DNA of 64,000 nt, from the NCBI GenBank assembly GCA_965263355.1, contig CBDHHL010000032.1, positions 1,952,001 to 2,016,000 of the forward strand, given 5' to 3'. Source of the stretch: Leptolyngbyaceae cyanobacterium (GTDB lineage: Bacteria; Cyanobacteriota; Cyanobacteriia; Phormidesmidales; Phormidesmidaceae). Shown piece by piece: positions 40,436-50,978 of this stretch (positions are counted from its first letter, which is position 1; every line of letters begins with the position of its first letter). The position numbers were made by a program, and so were the translations under genes. The notes beneath the pieces are model-generated. The model had not been told where the DNA came from, did not search any database, and worked only from the letters and a program-made list of their open reading frames with translations.

Positions 40436-41266
40436 ATGGATAGCGTTAACGAAAAAGTCATCTTAATTACAGGTGCATCTTCGGGGATGGGTCTGGAAAC
40501 TGCCAAGCTACTTGCCCAACAAGGCGACAAAGTGTATGCCGGAGCCAGGCGAGTCGAGCGCATGGAGTCACTAAAACCTTTGGGGATTATTCCAGTGCAG
40601 ATGGATGTTACGAAATCGGAGAATAACCAGCAGGTTGTTGACCAGATCATTGCCAACGAAGGTCGAATTGATGTGTTGATCAATAATGCCGGGTTCGGTC
40701 TGTATGGTCCGGTGGAAGATGTGTCTTTAGGTGATGCACGATACCAGTTTGAGGTGAACTTGTTTGGATTGGCTCATCTGACTCAGCTCGTACTGCCCTA
40801 TATGCGGCAGCAAAAATCTGGCCGGATTATCAATACCTCTTCCATGGGTGGAAAAATCTACACGCCTCTGGGTGCTTGGTATCACGCTACAAAACATGCA
40901 TTAGAAGGCTGGACCGACTGCCTGCGTATTGAGACGAAACCGTTTAATATTCAGGTTGTCTTAATTGAACCGGGTGGCGTCAAAACAGAATTTGGCGATG
41001 TCGTAGGCAAACAGTTGAAAAAACATTATGACTCTAGCGCCTATCAAAAACAGATGGATCCTTTCATTAAGTTAATGGAGGATCCAAATGGTATGGATTT
41101 TGGTACGGACCCCATCGTCCTGGCCAGAGTGTTTGTCGAAGCCGTCAACGCTAAGAATCCGAAGCGCAGATATGTCAAAGGGGCTATGGCTAAACCCTTA
41201 ATGTTTGTTAGGAAGTGGTTTGGTGATGGGGTTTACGAGTTTATGCTTGGTCGAGCGTTTAGCTAG
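40436..41266 (+). CDS. SDR oxidoreductase
   Basis: ITGASSGMG, NNAG, YHATK. Confidence 0.92.
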   Translation: MDSVNEKVILITGASSGMGLETAKLLAQQGDKVYAGARRVERMESLKPLGIIPVQMDVTKSENNQQVVDQIIANEGRIDVLINNAGFGLYGPVEDVSLGDARYQFEVNLFGLAHLTQLVLPYMRQQKSGRIINTSSMGGKIYTPLGAWYHATKHALEGWTDCLRIETKPFNIQVVLIEPGGVKTEFGDVVGKQLKKHYDSSAYQKQMDPFIKLMEDPNGMDFGTDPIVLARVFVEAVNAKNPKRRYVKGAMAKPLMFVRKWFGDGVYEFMLGRAFS

Positions 41267-41449
41267 TTTATGCTTGGCCAACCAAAAGCCAGATTGTAGG
41301 TGAATCATACCCTGTCCAAAAATATCGCCATTTATGGCACTGCACCCACCTGGATGAACTTGACAAAGCTGATGGCTGGAGCTGTAGAGGTGGGTGCCAA
41401 AAGAAGGATTTTTAGTCGATTTCTTTCGATACATGGCTTCAGATGTAAC

Positions 41450-42521
41450 GAATGACATCGGCTTACCGATTGGATTGCTGATTGTTCGGGTCGACTTAAC
41501 TGAGCTATGGAATACGACCCTAGATATTAAAGCAGGCACAACAGGCTATGCCTACTTAACCAATCAAGAAGGGCAACTTATTGCCTACCGTGATCGAAAC
41601 CTGACCCTGGAAGGCAACACCCCTATGACTTAGGTGAGAGGTCTATAAGATGAACGTGTTCAAAATTATCATTTATGTGATTGCTCTGTTTTCTTGTTAG
41701 TGATACTGGTGCGGGTATTGCACAGGAGGAATTAGAGCATCTGTTTGAAGCATTTTCACAGACGGATACAGGCCTAAAAAGTCAACAGGGTAGTGGTCTT
41801 GGGCTGTACATTAGCCGTTGTTATATCCAACTCATGGGTGGGGACTTAAACGTAACAGTATTGTGGGTGAAGGCAGTCAATTTCAGTTTGACATTCAAGT
41901 TGAAGTTTTGCCATCCAAAGCTGCTTCCGCCCCAAAACACCAAGCCCGAGAAATTGTTGGTATTGCCGGACCTGAATCGAGTTATCGGATGTTAGTGGTG
42001 GATGATCAGTATGAAAGCCGAGAATTACTCAAACAGTTACTCTCTTCTGTGGGGTTTGAGGTCGCCGAAGCCGATAGCGGTGAAGCATTGCACTAACTGC
42101 CAATGTTTTTGAGGAAGATAAGGCAAAAGCATTGGCTATGGGCTGTGATGATTTTTTGAGCAAACCGTTTCAACGCCAAGTTCTCTTGGAGAGAGCAGCT
42201 TATTATCTTAATTTACAATACCGATATCTAGAGTCTGGTCATTCTTCTACAAGCAATAATGCTCCTGAATCAAGCAACACTTGCATGGCTAAGACCAAGC
42301 AAACAATTAAGGAACAATTAGACTCGATGCCAGAAAAATGGCTATCAACGCTCCAACAAAATGTTAAAGCCTTAAATGCCGACAAAATTTCGAACTGTAT
42401 ACACGCTATTCCAGAAGAGTGTGCTACGCTCAAGCAGAAATTAATGGACCTTGCTGAAGAGTTTCGCTACGATATCATATTGGAATTATTAGGTGTGATA
42501 GAGCGCCCCCCATCAGAGTAG
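41450..42521 (+). pseudogene. Fragmented Cache hybrid kinase, paralogue of 33932..36817
   Basis: DIGLPIGLLIVRVDLTELWNTTLDI matches DIGLPIGMLVARLDLTELWDTTLDI; HATPase, REC and C-tail pieces in different frames. Confidence 0.8.
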
Positions 42522-42594
42522 TTAGGCGTTATCAGACGGCGTAGATTACGGTTGAAGAGCAGAAAACAACTGTTAACCAGGGTTCTTTAGAAGA

Positions 42595-42662
42595 TGGCGT
42601 GAAATGCAATGATTTTGACGCTCTATGTCATTACCCAAACAAGATTTAGTCGCTATGCTGTT
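42595..42662 (+). promoter_or_regulatory. Probable AraC-activated promoter, copy 2
   Basis: TGGCGTGAAATGCAAT-N5-TGACGCTCTATGTCAT. Confidence 0.55.
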
Positions 42663-42735
42663 GTTTGAAGCCAATCGCTGGGTGAATTTTACGGCGTGAA
42701 TTTAAGCGAAAGTCATATCGTTAAGGAGCATATCC

Positions 42736-42900
42736 ATGGCTAAAATTATCTTGATCACGGGTGCATCTTTGGGGATGGGTCTGGAGACTGCCAAGTTACT
42801 TGCTCAACAAGGTGACAAAGTGTATGCCGGAGCCAGGCGAGTTGAGCACATGGAGTCCTTAAAGTCATTGGGGATTATTCCGGTACAGATGAATATTTAG
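42736..42900 (+). pseudogene. Truncated duplicate of the SDR at 40436 (54 aa)
   Basis: MAKIILITGASLGMGLETAKLLAQQGDKVYAGARRVEHMESLKSLGIIPVQMNI*. Confidence 0.85.
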
Positions 42901-42979
42901 CAACTACTAGCTTCATAAACGGTTGCTCATTCAGGAGCCTGTAACCAATTCTTTCAAAAACCATAAGGAGCATTTAATC

Positions 42980-43942
42980 ATGGCCAACAAAAATGTTATC
43001 TGGTGTGACGCAGAGACACTAGCCAAGGACATTAGTGGCAAAGTATACATTGTCACCGGAGCCAATTCTGGTGTCGGGTTAGAAACCACGAGACAATTGG
43101 TTAAACAAAGGGGCCATGTGGTTATGGCCTGTCGCCGGGTTAACGCTGGCGAAGAAGCCGCTCAATCCTTTCAGGGCTTAAGCGGCAGCGTTGAGGTGAT
43201 CCGGTGTGATTTAGCTGATCTGCAATCGGTGCGAGACTTTGTCGCCGATTTCTTAGCAAAATACGATCGCCTCGACGGGCTGATGTGTAATGCGGGTATG
43301 GTGTCCATGGACAATGAGCCCCAATACACTAAAGATGGATTTGAACTGACCATAGGGGTGAGTTATTTGGGGCATTTTCTGATGACAGAACTCCTGCTTG
43401 ATACTCTCAAGAAGAGTGCTCCGTCCAGGATGGCGATCATCTCATCGGTGGTCCATGCCGGAGGACCCAAGAATCGTTATCAGGTCCACCTGGATGATTT
43501 GAACTTCAAACAACGAAAGTACAGCAACTTTGGAGCCTATGGGGAAGCCAAAGTTGCCGTGGTTCAATATGCCATGGAACTGGCGGATCGGCTCAAGGGT
43601 ACGGGGGTTTCCACTGCATCGGTTCATCCCGGTTGGGCTAGATCCAATTTTGGTGGGGATGGATTGTTAATGAAAGTCATGCAGGTTGTAATGCTACCGT
43701 TCCAATCATCGCTGACTAATAGTAATGAGGAGTCTGCCCAAACCTCACTGCACTGCCTCCTTTCTGATGATGCTCCCAACCATTCTGGAGCCTATTTCAG
43801 TCAACATAGTGTGTTATATCGAGACAAGGAGTGTCGAAAAGGAGGGTGGCCAATGAAGTCCCCTAATCCCCATGCAACCGATATGGCGGCGGCGAAGAAA
43901 TTGGTGGACTTGAGCTACACATTAGTCGGGTTAAAATCTTAA
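42980..43942 (+). CDS. SDR oxidoreductase, retinol-dehydrogenase-like
   Basis: AAGGAG RBS; VTGANSGVG, CDLADLQSV, YGEAK, VHPG. Confidence 0.9.
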   Translation: MANKNVIWCDAETLAKDISGKVYIVTGANSGVGLETTRQLVKQRGHVVMACRRVNAGEEAAQSFQGLSGSVEVIRCDLADLQSVRDFVADFLAKYDRLDGLMCNAGMVSMDNEPQYTKDGFELTIGVSYLGHFLMTELLLDTLKKSAPSRMAIISSVVHAGGPKNRYQVHLDDLNFKQRKYSNFGAYGEAKVAVVQYAMELADRLKGTGVSTASVHPGWARSNFGGDGLLMKVMQVVMLPFQSSLTNSNEESAQTSLHCLLSDDAPNHSGAYFSQHSVLYRDKECRKGGWPMKSPNPHATDMAAAKKLVDLSYTLVGLKS

Positions 43943-43953
43943 TTGGAAAAGAT

Positions 43954-44958
43954 ATGAAAACAGTCAATCAAAAATTTGTGGTAGATACGGGTTGGCAAGT
44001 GCTTTTAAAGGATTTGGGTGTGGCTCCCCAGGATCTTCTCCGTCAAGCGAACTTACCCCTCGATCTGTTTTGTCAGCCCGACGCCGCCTTGACCGTCGCC
44101 CAGTACTTTGATTTTTGGCGAGGGTTAGAAACGCTTTTGTCAGGTGAACCTGCGTTTCCTCTGCGGGTGGCCCAATCAGTGACGGTGGAAGCCTTTAGTC
44201 CTCCTCTTTTTGCCTGCTTTTGTAGCGCCAATCTTAATATTGCCCTGCAGCGGTTGGCCCATTATAAGCCATTGATTGGGCCACTGCGACTTGATATTAC
44301 TCAAACGAAGTATCAAACTGCGATCTCATTGGGCGAATTGCCCGGACAGCCTCCTCTACCGCCATCACTGGTGGCGATGGAACTGACATTTTTTGTCCAT
44401 GTGGCCAGACTGGCCACTCGCGATCTCATCATTCCGCTCAAGGTCCACAGTACAAACCCAATTCCAGGGGCAGATAAATTTGAGGCATTCTTTGGTGTGC
44501 CCTTAACCGAGGGAGCGTGCGATGGCATGGTCTTCTCCGCTGCAGATGCCCAAAAACCATTTCTGACCTCCAATGCAGGGATGTGGTCAATTTTTGAGCC
44601 CGCGTTGCAAAAACGGATGCAGGATCTGGAAATCGATTCGAAGTTTCGCGATCGCGTTCGAGCTTGTCTGATGGAAATTCTAGCCAGCGGTCAAGTTTCG
44701 ATGGCCGATGTAGCTAAACGCTTAGCGATTAGTTCACGTACTTTACAGCGACGATTACAAGAAGAGAATACCAGCTTTAAACAAGAACTAAGTAACTTAC
44801 GATCAGAACTGGCTAACCACTACCTGGTCAATACGCCTTATTCTAGTGCTGAAATATCATTTCTGCTGGGCTATAGTGAGCCGAGTTCTTTCTTTCGAGC
44901 CTTTCATACCTGGACAGGAAAAACGCCCGATGTGATACGAGAGATGGCCCAACAGTAG
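43954..44958 (+). CDS. AraC-family transcriptional regulator
   Basis: SSRTLQRRLQEE, EISFLLGYSEPSSFFRAFHTWTG. Confidence 0.92.
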   Translation: MKTVNQKFVVDTGWQVLLKDLGVAPQDLLRQANLPLDLFCQPDAALTVAQYFDFWRGLETLLSGEPAFPLRVAQSVTVEAFSPPLFACFCSANLNIALQRLAHYKPLIGPLRLDITQTKYQTAISLGELPGQPPLPPSLVAMELTFFVHVARLATRDLIIPLKVHSTNPIPGADKFEAFFGVPLTEGACDGMVFSAADAQKPFLTSNAGMWSIFEPALQKRMQDLEIDSKFRDRVRACLMEILASGQVSMADVAKRLAISSRTLQRRLQEENTSFKQELSNLRSELANHYLVNTPYSSAEISFLLGYSEPSSFFRAFHTWTGKTPDVIREMAQQ

Positions 44959-45105
44959 TGGACTGAGGGCTGCGTAAACTTCTCAGCATCTGAAAGTAAC
45001 CAAGATGAAGACAACGGTTTCACAAAACATTAAAGACTTTCAGTGAATATACACAGAAAATAATCCTATCGCCTATTCTATAGGCTACAGACTTGGTACC
45101 CAATA

Positions 45106-48100
45106 ATGGTATTGCAAGCCCCAAACAAATCAACCAATGAAGCTTCATCCCAGTCATTTTGGGGGGTTAAGCTCCATTGGTTGATCATTATTCCATTTAT
45201 TATTCAGGTGGGCTGTTCCATTGGGTTAAGTGCCTGGCTTGCCTATCGACAGGGGCTGTCAGGCATTGAAGAACAGGCTAAGAAACTTTTAACGTCATCC
45301 AGCCTGAACATCTCTACACAATTAGAAAACTACCTATTAACACCTGAGCTGGTTACAGAAACAAACTCTCAATCGATTGAATTAGGGAATCTCAATACAG
45401 CTCTATTAAATCAGTGGGCTCCTTACCTCATTAAGCAAAGTCAGCTTTTTCCAAATCTTAATTTTATCTATTATGGCGATCAACAAGGAAACTATGTTCA
45501 TATCGACCGGCATTATCCTGATGAAGTCTTTGTAATTCGTTTCAAAGATCAAACCACTAATGGGCAATTTAAGCAGTTTGTCTATGATCTTGAGGGTAAC
45601 TTAATTCCCACGCCAGAGATTATTGAGAACAGTCTAGATCAGTCCTATGATCCTCGTCCTCGCCCCTGGTATATCAAAGCTCTGGAAGTAAATGATGCCA
45701 CATGGACAGAATCCTATAGATTTATCGATATCAAACCTAACTTTGGTATCAGCCATGTGAAGCCTATTTTCAGTTCGAGAGAAAAAGGCATTGAAGGTGT
45801 TCTTGGGGCTGACTTTTCCTTACTTGGGATCAATCAGTTTTTAGAACAACTTTCCATTGGCAAATCAGGAAAAGCCTTTATCATAGAGAATTCTGGCTCT
45901 GGAAATTTAATTGCAAGTTCCACACCCTATCCAGATATAGATAATAAACGCCCAACGGTTTGGGATATTCGTGATCCTATTATTCAGGATACTGCCAAAT
46001 TTTTAGAGTCAAGGTTTGAGGGACTGAATAATATCAATGGTTCCCGAAGCCTGAGCTTTCAAAGCCAGGCGGGTAAGCGATATCTTTTGTCCGTTGACCC
46101 CTTTCAAACCCATCGAGGTTTAGATTGGCTGATTATTGTTGCCATACCTGAATCTGATTTAACCCCTGCACTCAAAAAACAAAATCTTTACTTAGGAATT
46201 ATTTGTGTGCTTGCTTGGGTACTCACGATTTTACTAGGATGGTTAACAGCCTATATTATTGCCAAAGCCTTGCGCAAGATACAACAAGGAACGATCGAAA
46301 TTGCCCAAGGAAACTTGAGTTTAAGACTAGATAGTCAAAGACTCGAAGAAATCAATGACCTGACTCAAAGTTTTAATCTAATGAGTCAAAAATTAGTTCT
46401 TGCCAAACAAAGATCCTTCGATTCCTTCAAATTTCTACAACAAAAGGTACAAGTTACAGAAACAGAAATGCAGTCAGCTAGAGACTCCTGGCAAGTTTCA
46501 GAAAAGAACTTTAGGGCGACGTTTTTTAGTTCCCCTATCCCTATGATTATCGTCACCCTAGGGGAAAAGCGGATGATCGAAGTTAATGAGGCCTTGATTC
46601 ATGCCAGTGAGTGTGACCCATCAGACATTATTGGCAAAAGAGCTGACGATATAGAGACTTGGTCCTCCTCGGAAAAACGCCAAGAAATTTATGATTCCTT
46701 AAATGATGATGGTTATCTGAATCCTACAGAAATTCAATGGATAAGCCAGGCTGGGCAATTAAAACATATTTTGCTTTCAGCTCAAGTGATTGAGTTTAAT
46801 CAGCAACAATGTGCTCTTGTTGCAGCTAAAGATATTACCGAACAAAAGAAGACAGAACTCTCCTTGATTTCAGCAAAACAAGAGGCTCAGAAGGCAAATC
46901 AAATTAAAAGTGAGTTCTTAGCACATATGAGCCATGAGTTAAGAACGCCTCTCAATGCTATTCTGGGTTTTAGCCAACTTCTTAGCCGAGGAGTGCTCTC
47001 CCTTCAACGACAGAATGAATATCTCAGCATCATTATGCGCAATGGTGGACATTTATTAGCTTTAATTAATGATGTTCTAGACATGTCTAAGATTGAGTCA
47101 GGACATGCCACTCTAAACCAAGAGACGTTTAGTCTCACTCATTTCTTGCGCTCAATCAAAGAGACACTGGTTTTAAAGGCTAGTAAAAAAGGTGTGAGAT
47201 TTTATGTGGAGTGGGATAGCACTCTTCCTGAATTCATCAGCACAGACCAGGGCAAATTGCGACAAATTTTGTTTAATCTACTCGATAATGCAATCAAATA
47301 TACCCCTTCGGGTGAGGTTAAGTTTACGGTTCGGCCTGTAGATAAGACGTTAGATGGCTCACTAAATTCTCCAAAACCGCACACTCAAACGATATACTTC
47401 TCAGTTCAAGATACGGGACCAGGAATATCTGCAGCAGAAATACCCACACTATTTGAGCCTTTTGTCCAAACACAGACAGGTAAAATACTTCAACAGGGCA
47501 CAGGTTTAGGGTTAGCCATTAGCTATCGATTTGTTCAACTAATGGGGGGACAACTTCGAGTTAAGAGCAAAGAGGGCGAAGGAAGTCATTTCTACTTTGA
47601 GATAGAGGTACAATACTCCCAAGAGCAAACACCTATGCCAAAGGAAGCTAAAAGTGTAATTGGTCTTGCTGAGCAGTCTTCTAGATTAAAGATGCTGATC
47701 ATTGATGATCATCAAGATAGTGCTCAGTTATTGCAAGATCTGCTTATGAGCATAGGCTTTGATGTGCAAAGTACAACTAATCCTCAAGTAGGCGTTACTT
47801 TGGTTAAATCATGGCATCCTCAATTAGTTTGGATGGATATTAAAATGCCTGAAATGGACGGATTGACAGCAACAAAACAAATTAAACAGTTACAGAATGC
47901 TCCTATTGTTGTTGCCTTGACAGCTGGAGCTTTTGCCAATCAAGACAGGCAAAAGCAAGAGATTGGCTTTGATGCTTTTGTCAGTAAGCCTTTCCAGGAT
48001 AAAGATATTTTTGAAACTATTAGAAAATATTTTAAAGTGGACTACATATACCAGGAGGATACGACCGGTGATTCTGCTACTCCCAAAACAGAAATTTATA

Positions 48101-48297
48101 AGTTAACGGTTATGCCGATGACTTGGATTCAGGAACTACATGCAGCTGCAGTTCGCTTAGATACCGAAGGTCTTCGGATACTCATCTTAGAAATTCCTGA
48201 AGAACATTCTGAACTAAAAAATTATCTTCTTGATTTGCATGGGAAATTCAGATACGACAATATTATAGATCTCACCCAATCTCATCTTGAAACATGA
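45106..48297 (+). CDS. Cache-HAMP-PAS hybrid histidine kinase with REC
   Basis: YDPRPRPWY Cache motif, MSHELRTP, GTGLGL, WMDIKMP. Confidence 0.9.
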   Translation: MVLQAPNKSTNEASSQSFWGVKLHWLIIIPFIIQVGCSIGLSAWLAYRQGLSGIEEQAKKLLTSSSLNISTQLENYLLTPELVTETNSQSIELGNLNTALLNQWAPYLIKQSQLFPNLNFIYYGDQQGNYVHIDRHYPDEVFVIRFKDQTTNGQFKQFVYDLEGNLIPTPEIIENSLDQSYDPRPRPWYIKALEVNDATWTESYRFIDIKPNFGISHVKPIFSSREKGIEGVLGADFSLLGINQFLEQLSIGKSGKAFIIENSGSGNLIASSTPYPDIDNKRPTVWDIRDPIIQDTAKFLESRFEGLNNINGSRSLSFQSQAGKRYLLSVDPFQTHRGLDWLIIVAIPESDLTPALKKQNLYLGIICVLAWVLTILLGWLTAYIIAKALRKIQQGTIEIAQGNLSLRLDSQRLEEINDLTQSFNLMSQKLVLAKQRSFDSFKFLQQKVQVTETEMQSARDSWQVSEKNFRATFFSSPIPMIIVTLGEKRMIEVNEALIHASECDPSDIIGKRADDIETWSSSEKRQEIYDSLNDDGYLNPTEIQWISQAGQLKHILLSAQVIEFNQQQCALVAAKDITEQKKTELSLISAKQEAQKANQIKSEFLAHMSHELRTPLNAILGFSQLLSRGVLSLQRQNEYLSIIMRNGGHLLALINDVLDMSKIESGHATLNQETFSLTHFLRSIKETLVLKASKKGVRFYVEWDSTLPEFISTDQGKLRQILFNLLDNAIKYTPSGEVKFTVRPVDKTLDGSLNSPKPHTQTIYFSVQDTGPGISAAEIPTLFEPFVQTQTGKILQQGTGLGLAISYRFVQLMGGQLRVKSKEGEGSHFYFEIEVQYSQEQTPMPKEAKSVIGLAEQSSRLKMLIIDDHQDSAQLLQDLLMSIGFDVQSTTNPQVGVTLVKSWHPQLVWMDIKMPEMDGLTATKQIKQLQNAPIVVALTAGAFANQDRQKQEIGFDAFVSKPFQDKDIFETIRKYFKVDYIYQEDTTGDSATPKTEIYKLTVMPMTWIQELHAAAVRLDTEGLRILILEIPEEHSELKNYLLDLHGKFRYDNIIDLTQSHLET

Positions 48298-48318
48298 GAT
48301 CTATATGCTAAGACTATT

Positions 48319-48457
48319 GGGTATCCACTAAAGCCGGGAAAATCTGGTTAAGTAGGAATCTAGAATCCAGAAGCCAGAATTTAGAAGGGATATGGCTTCT
48401 GGCTCCTGACTTCTGAAGTCTATCCTTAGGAAAACTTCTCGCTTTAAGTTGGTACCC
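48319..48457. mobile_element. 139-bp MITE with 8-bp target-site duplication AGACTATT
   Basis: TIRs GGGTATCCACTAAAGC / GGGTACCAACTTAAAGC; AGACTATT at 48311-48318 and 48458-48465. Confidence 0.85.
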
Positions 48458-48713
48458 AGACTATTCGTGTTCAATCTATTAAAGAACACCTCTATTTATG
48501 CTTCTTTGGAAGAATCGAGTCTCATTTGAGTTTTGGGTTTTAGAAATGCTTACTATCTTATATCAAATCCGAATTCATTAAACCCGATTAAAAATGGACA
48601 ATCCTGTAGGAGCAATCCCTTGTAGATGCCCTTCGATACCGGGCGTTATCAAACAGGATTTCGTTTAATATCCTAATTTTTGCAATATATCCATAATCGC
48701 TCAATTATCAGGG

Positions 48714-49970
48714 CTAGGTAATGGGCAGTTTGATTGTAAACGTACTGCCTTGCTCTGCCACTGAGCTGCACTCTAATTGACCTTGATGCTGTTTGACCAG
48801 GATTTGATGGCTGATGGTTAATCCCAGACCAGGACCAAGTCCAATAGGTTTAGTTGTAAAGAAGGGATCAAAAATCTTAGGCAGGAGATCGTCTGGAATA
48901 CCAGGTCCATTGTCTTGGATATCAATACGTATCCAGTTAGAGTCTTCTAGGTAGTCAGTTCTAATGGTGATTACAGGATAAGACTGTTGAGGTTGACTAT
49001 TCTGCAGAGACTCCACAGCATTTTCTAATAGATTAAAAAATGCTTGATTTAATTGGTTTGGAAGACATTCAATCTGTGGTAATTCACCGTAGTGTTTCTG
49101 AATGTTAATGGTATTTGGTGTCTGTTGTTGTGTACCGAGAATGGTTAAGGCACTGTCTATACATTGATGGATGTCAACAAACTTTTTGCCGGATTCATCT
49201 AACCGAGAAAACTGTCTTAGAGCATCTATAATAGTTTGGATTCGATTTGCCCCTGTCGCCATTGAAGCAAGAACGTTTTCAAAGTCTCGGCTAATATAAT
49301 CGAAATCGATATCTTGAGAGATAGATTTAACCTGGGGCGAAGCCTCAGGATAGGAAGTACTATAGGCATTAATGAGGCTGAGCAAACCGTGAAAATAGTC
49401 TTGAGCAAAATCCAGGTTGCTCTTAATAAAGGTCACTGGATTATTAATCTCATGGGCAATACCGGCTACCATTTTACCCAAGGCTGATAGTTTTTCAGTT
49501 TGGATCAACTGTGTTTGGGTCTGTTTTATTGTTTCTAAGGCTTCGGTGAGTTGTTGATTTTGGGCAGCTAGTTTTTGTTGAGTTTGTTGGATAGCTAGTT
49601 GATGTTGCACCCGCGCCAAAACTTCTTCTAAGTGAAAGGGTTTGGTAATATAGTCGGCACCCCCAACGGTAAACGCTTTCTTTTTGTCAAATCCATCGTC
49701 TAAGGCGCTAATAAAAATAATCGGAATATTGGCGGTATAGGATTGTTGTTTTAACTGGATGCAAAGGTCGTAACCATTGATTTCTGGCATATTAATATCC
49801 AATAGAATGATATTAGGTAGCTGTGCATCAATGCCCATTAATGCCACCTTTGCATTGATGGCGTTACGTACATCATAGCCGCTGTCAGTCAGTGTTGTTG
49901 AGAGCAGCCTGAGATTGTCGGGGTTATCATCCACAATCAAAATATTGATTTTTTCCAGAGATGGGGACAT
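48714..49970 (-). CDS. REC-histidine kinase hybrid
   Basis: [24 protein letters not shown]2 box GPGLGL. Confidence 0.9.
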   Translation of the reverse strand: MSPSLEKINILIVDDNPDNLRLLSTTLTDSGYDVRNAINAKVALMGIDAQLPNIILLDINMPEINGYDLCIQLKQQSYTANIPIIFISALDDGFDKKKAFTVGGADYITKPFHLEEVLARVQHQLAIQQTQQKLAAQNQQLTEALETIKQTQTQLIQTEKLSALGKMVAGIAHEINNPVTFIKSNLDFAQDYFHGLLSLINAYSTSYPEASPQVKSISQDIDFDYISRDFENVLASMATGANRIQTIIDALRQFSRLDESGKKFVDIHQCIDSALTILGTQQQTPNTINIQKHYGELPQIECLPNQLNQAFFNLLENAVESLQNSQPQQSYPVITIRTDYLEDSNWIRIDIQDNGPGIPDDLLPKIFDPFFTTKPIGLGPGLGLTISHQILVKQHQGQLECSSVAEQGSTFTIKLPIT

Positions 49971-50222
49971 AACTCTATTCTATGCAATCGAGTTTTGCTT
50001 ATAGAATTCCCCCGCTCCCATCTATTCAAATCATTTATATTGCCTATATTGCCGTTACAGTTAGCAGAACGTTGCTGGATACCATATCCCCTTGCCTTTT
50101 GGGTCTGTGTCAGTGGCAATTTATTTGTTAAGCATCTGAAAGGCTATATTTGACCTTCCAGATGCTTATTCTTGACTCCCCACATAGCCGAGATTTCCCG
50201 GCTTAAGTTGATGCCCATTAAG

Positions 50223-50846
50223 CTATCTTTGCAAAAAAGTGATTTTGCGTTGGTTGCGTTGAATAATGCCCTCGTCTTGTAGTTTGCGTAGTGATCGGGA
50301 AACAACCTCTGGTGTGAGACAGATTTGTTCGGCAATTGCTTTTATGGGGCAATTGAGAACGCAGGTGTTTGCGCCAGGCACCTTGAGCGTATAGAGATAG
50401 GCTAGGACACGGTCACCGGCTGAGCGTATACAGCGTACGGTCATGATATTTTTGGCGATGTGCAGCTGCTCTGTTAGCTGACCGGTAAATTCTAAGGAAA
50501 TTACAGGATCGTGTGCCAATAGGGTAAGAAAGGTTTGTTTGGGGATGGCAATTAGCTGGGAGGGTTGGGTTGCGATCGCACAGTTTGAATACACATCTTT
50601 AAACAAAGCCCTTTCCCCAAGCCAGCTACCGCTCTCCACCGCGTACTGGTGGCTCATCTGACCATTTTCCAAATAGCGAACCAGTTGGATCTTGCCAGTT
50701 TTAACACCAAAGATTTTTTCCGCTGGATCCTCCGCATAAAAAACAAACTCCCCTGTCTTAAAGGTCAAGGCATTGAACGTAAAATCGATAATCCCCTTCT
50801 CAAATAGGTGATTAAGAGCCTGAATATAGTTGTCCAAAGATTCCAT
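50223..50846 (-). CDS. Crp/Fnr-family regulator
   Basis: cNMP-binding fold (LGERALF); IAEQICLTPEVVSRSL HTH. Confidence 0.88.
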   Translation of the reverse strand: MESLDNYIQALNHLFEKGIIDFTFNALTFKTGEFVFYAEDPAEKIFGVKTGKIQLVRYLENGQMSHQYAVESGSWLGERALFKDVYSNCAIATQPSQLIAIPKQTFLTLLAHDPVISLEFTGQLTEQLHIAKNIMTVRCIRSAGDRVLAYLYTLKVPGANTCVLNCPIKAIAEQICLTPEVVSRSLRKLQDEGIIQRNQRKITFLQR

Positions 50847-50978
50847 TGAAAGATACTTAGACGACGATTCTGCCTAAGTTACGCGTCTAATCTAAGAACC
50901 CCCCAACAGTTACCTAAACCCAGGCTCAATTAGACTGAGCATTTACTTAAAATTTACCTTGCATCACTCATACAGGGT

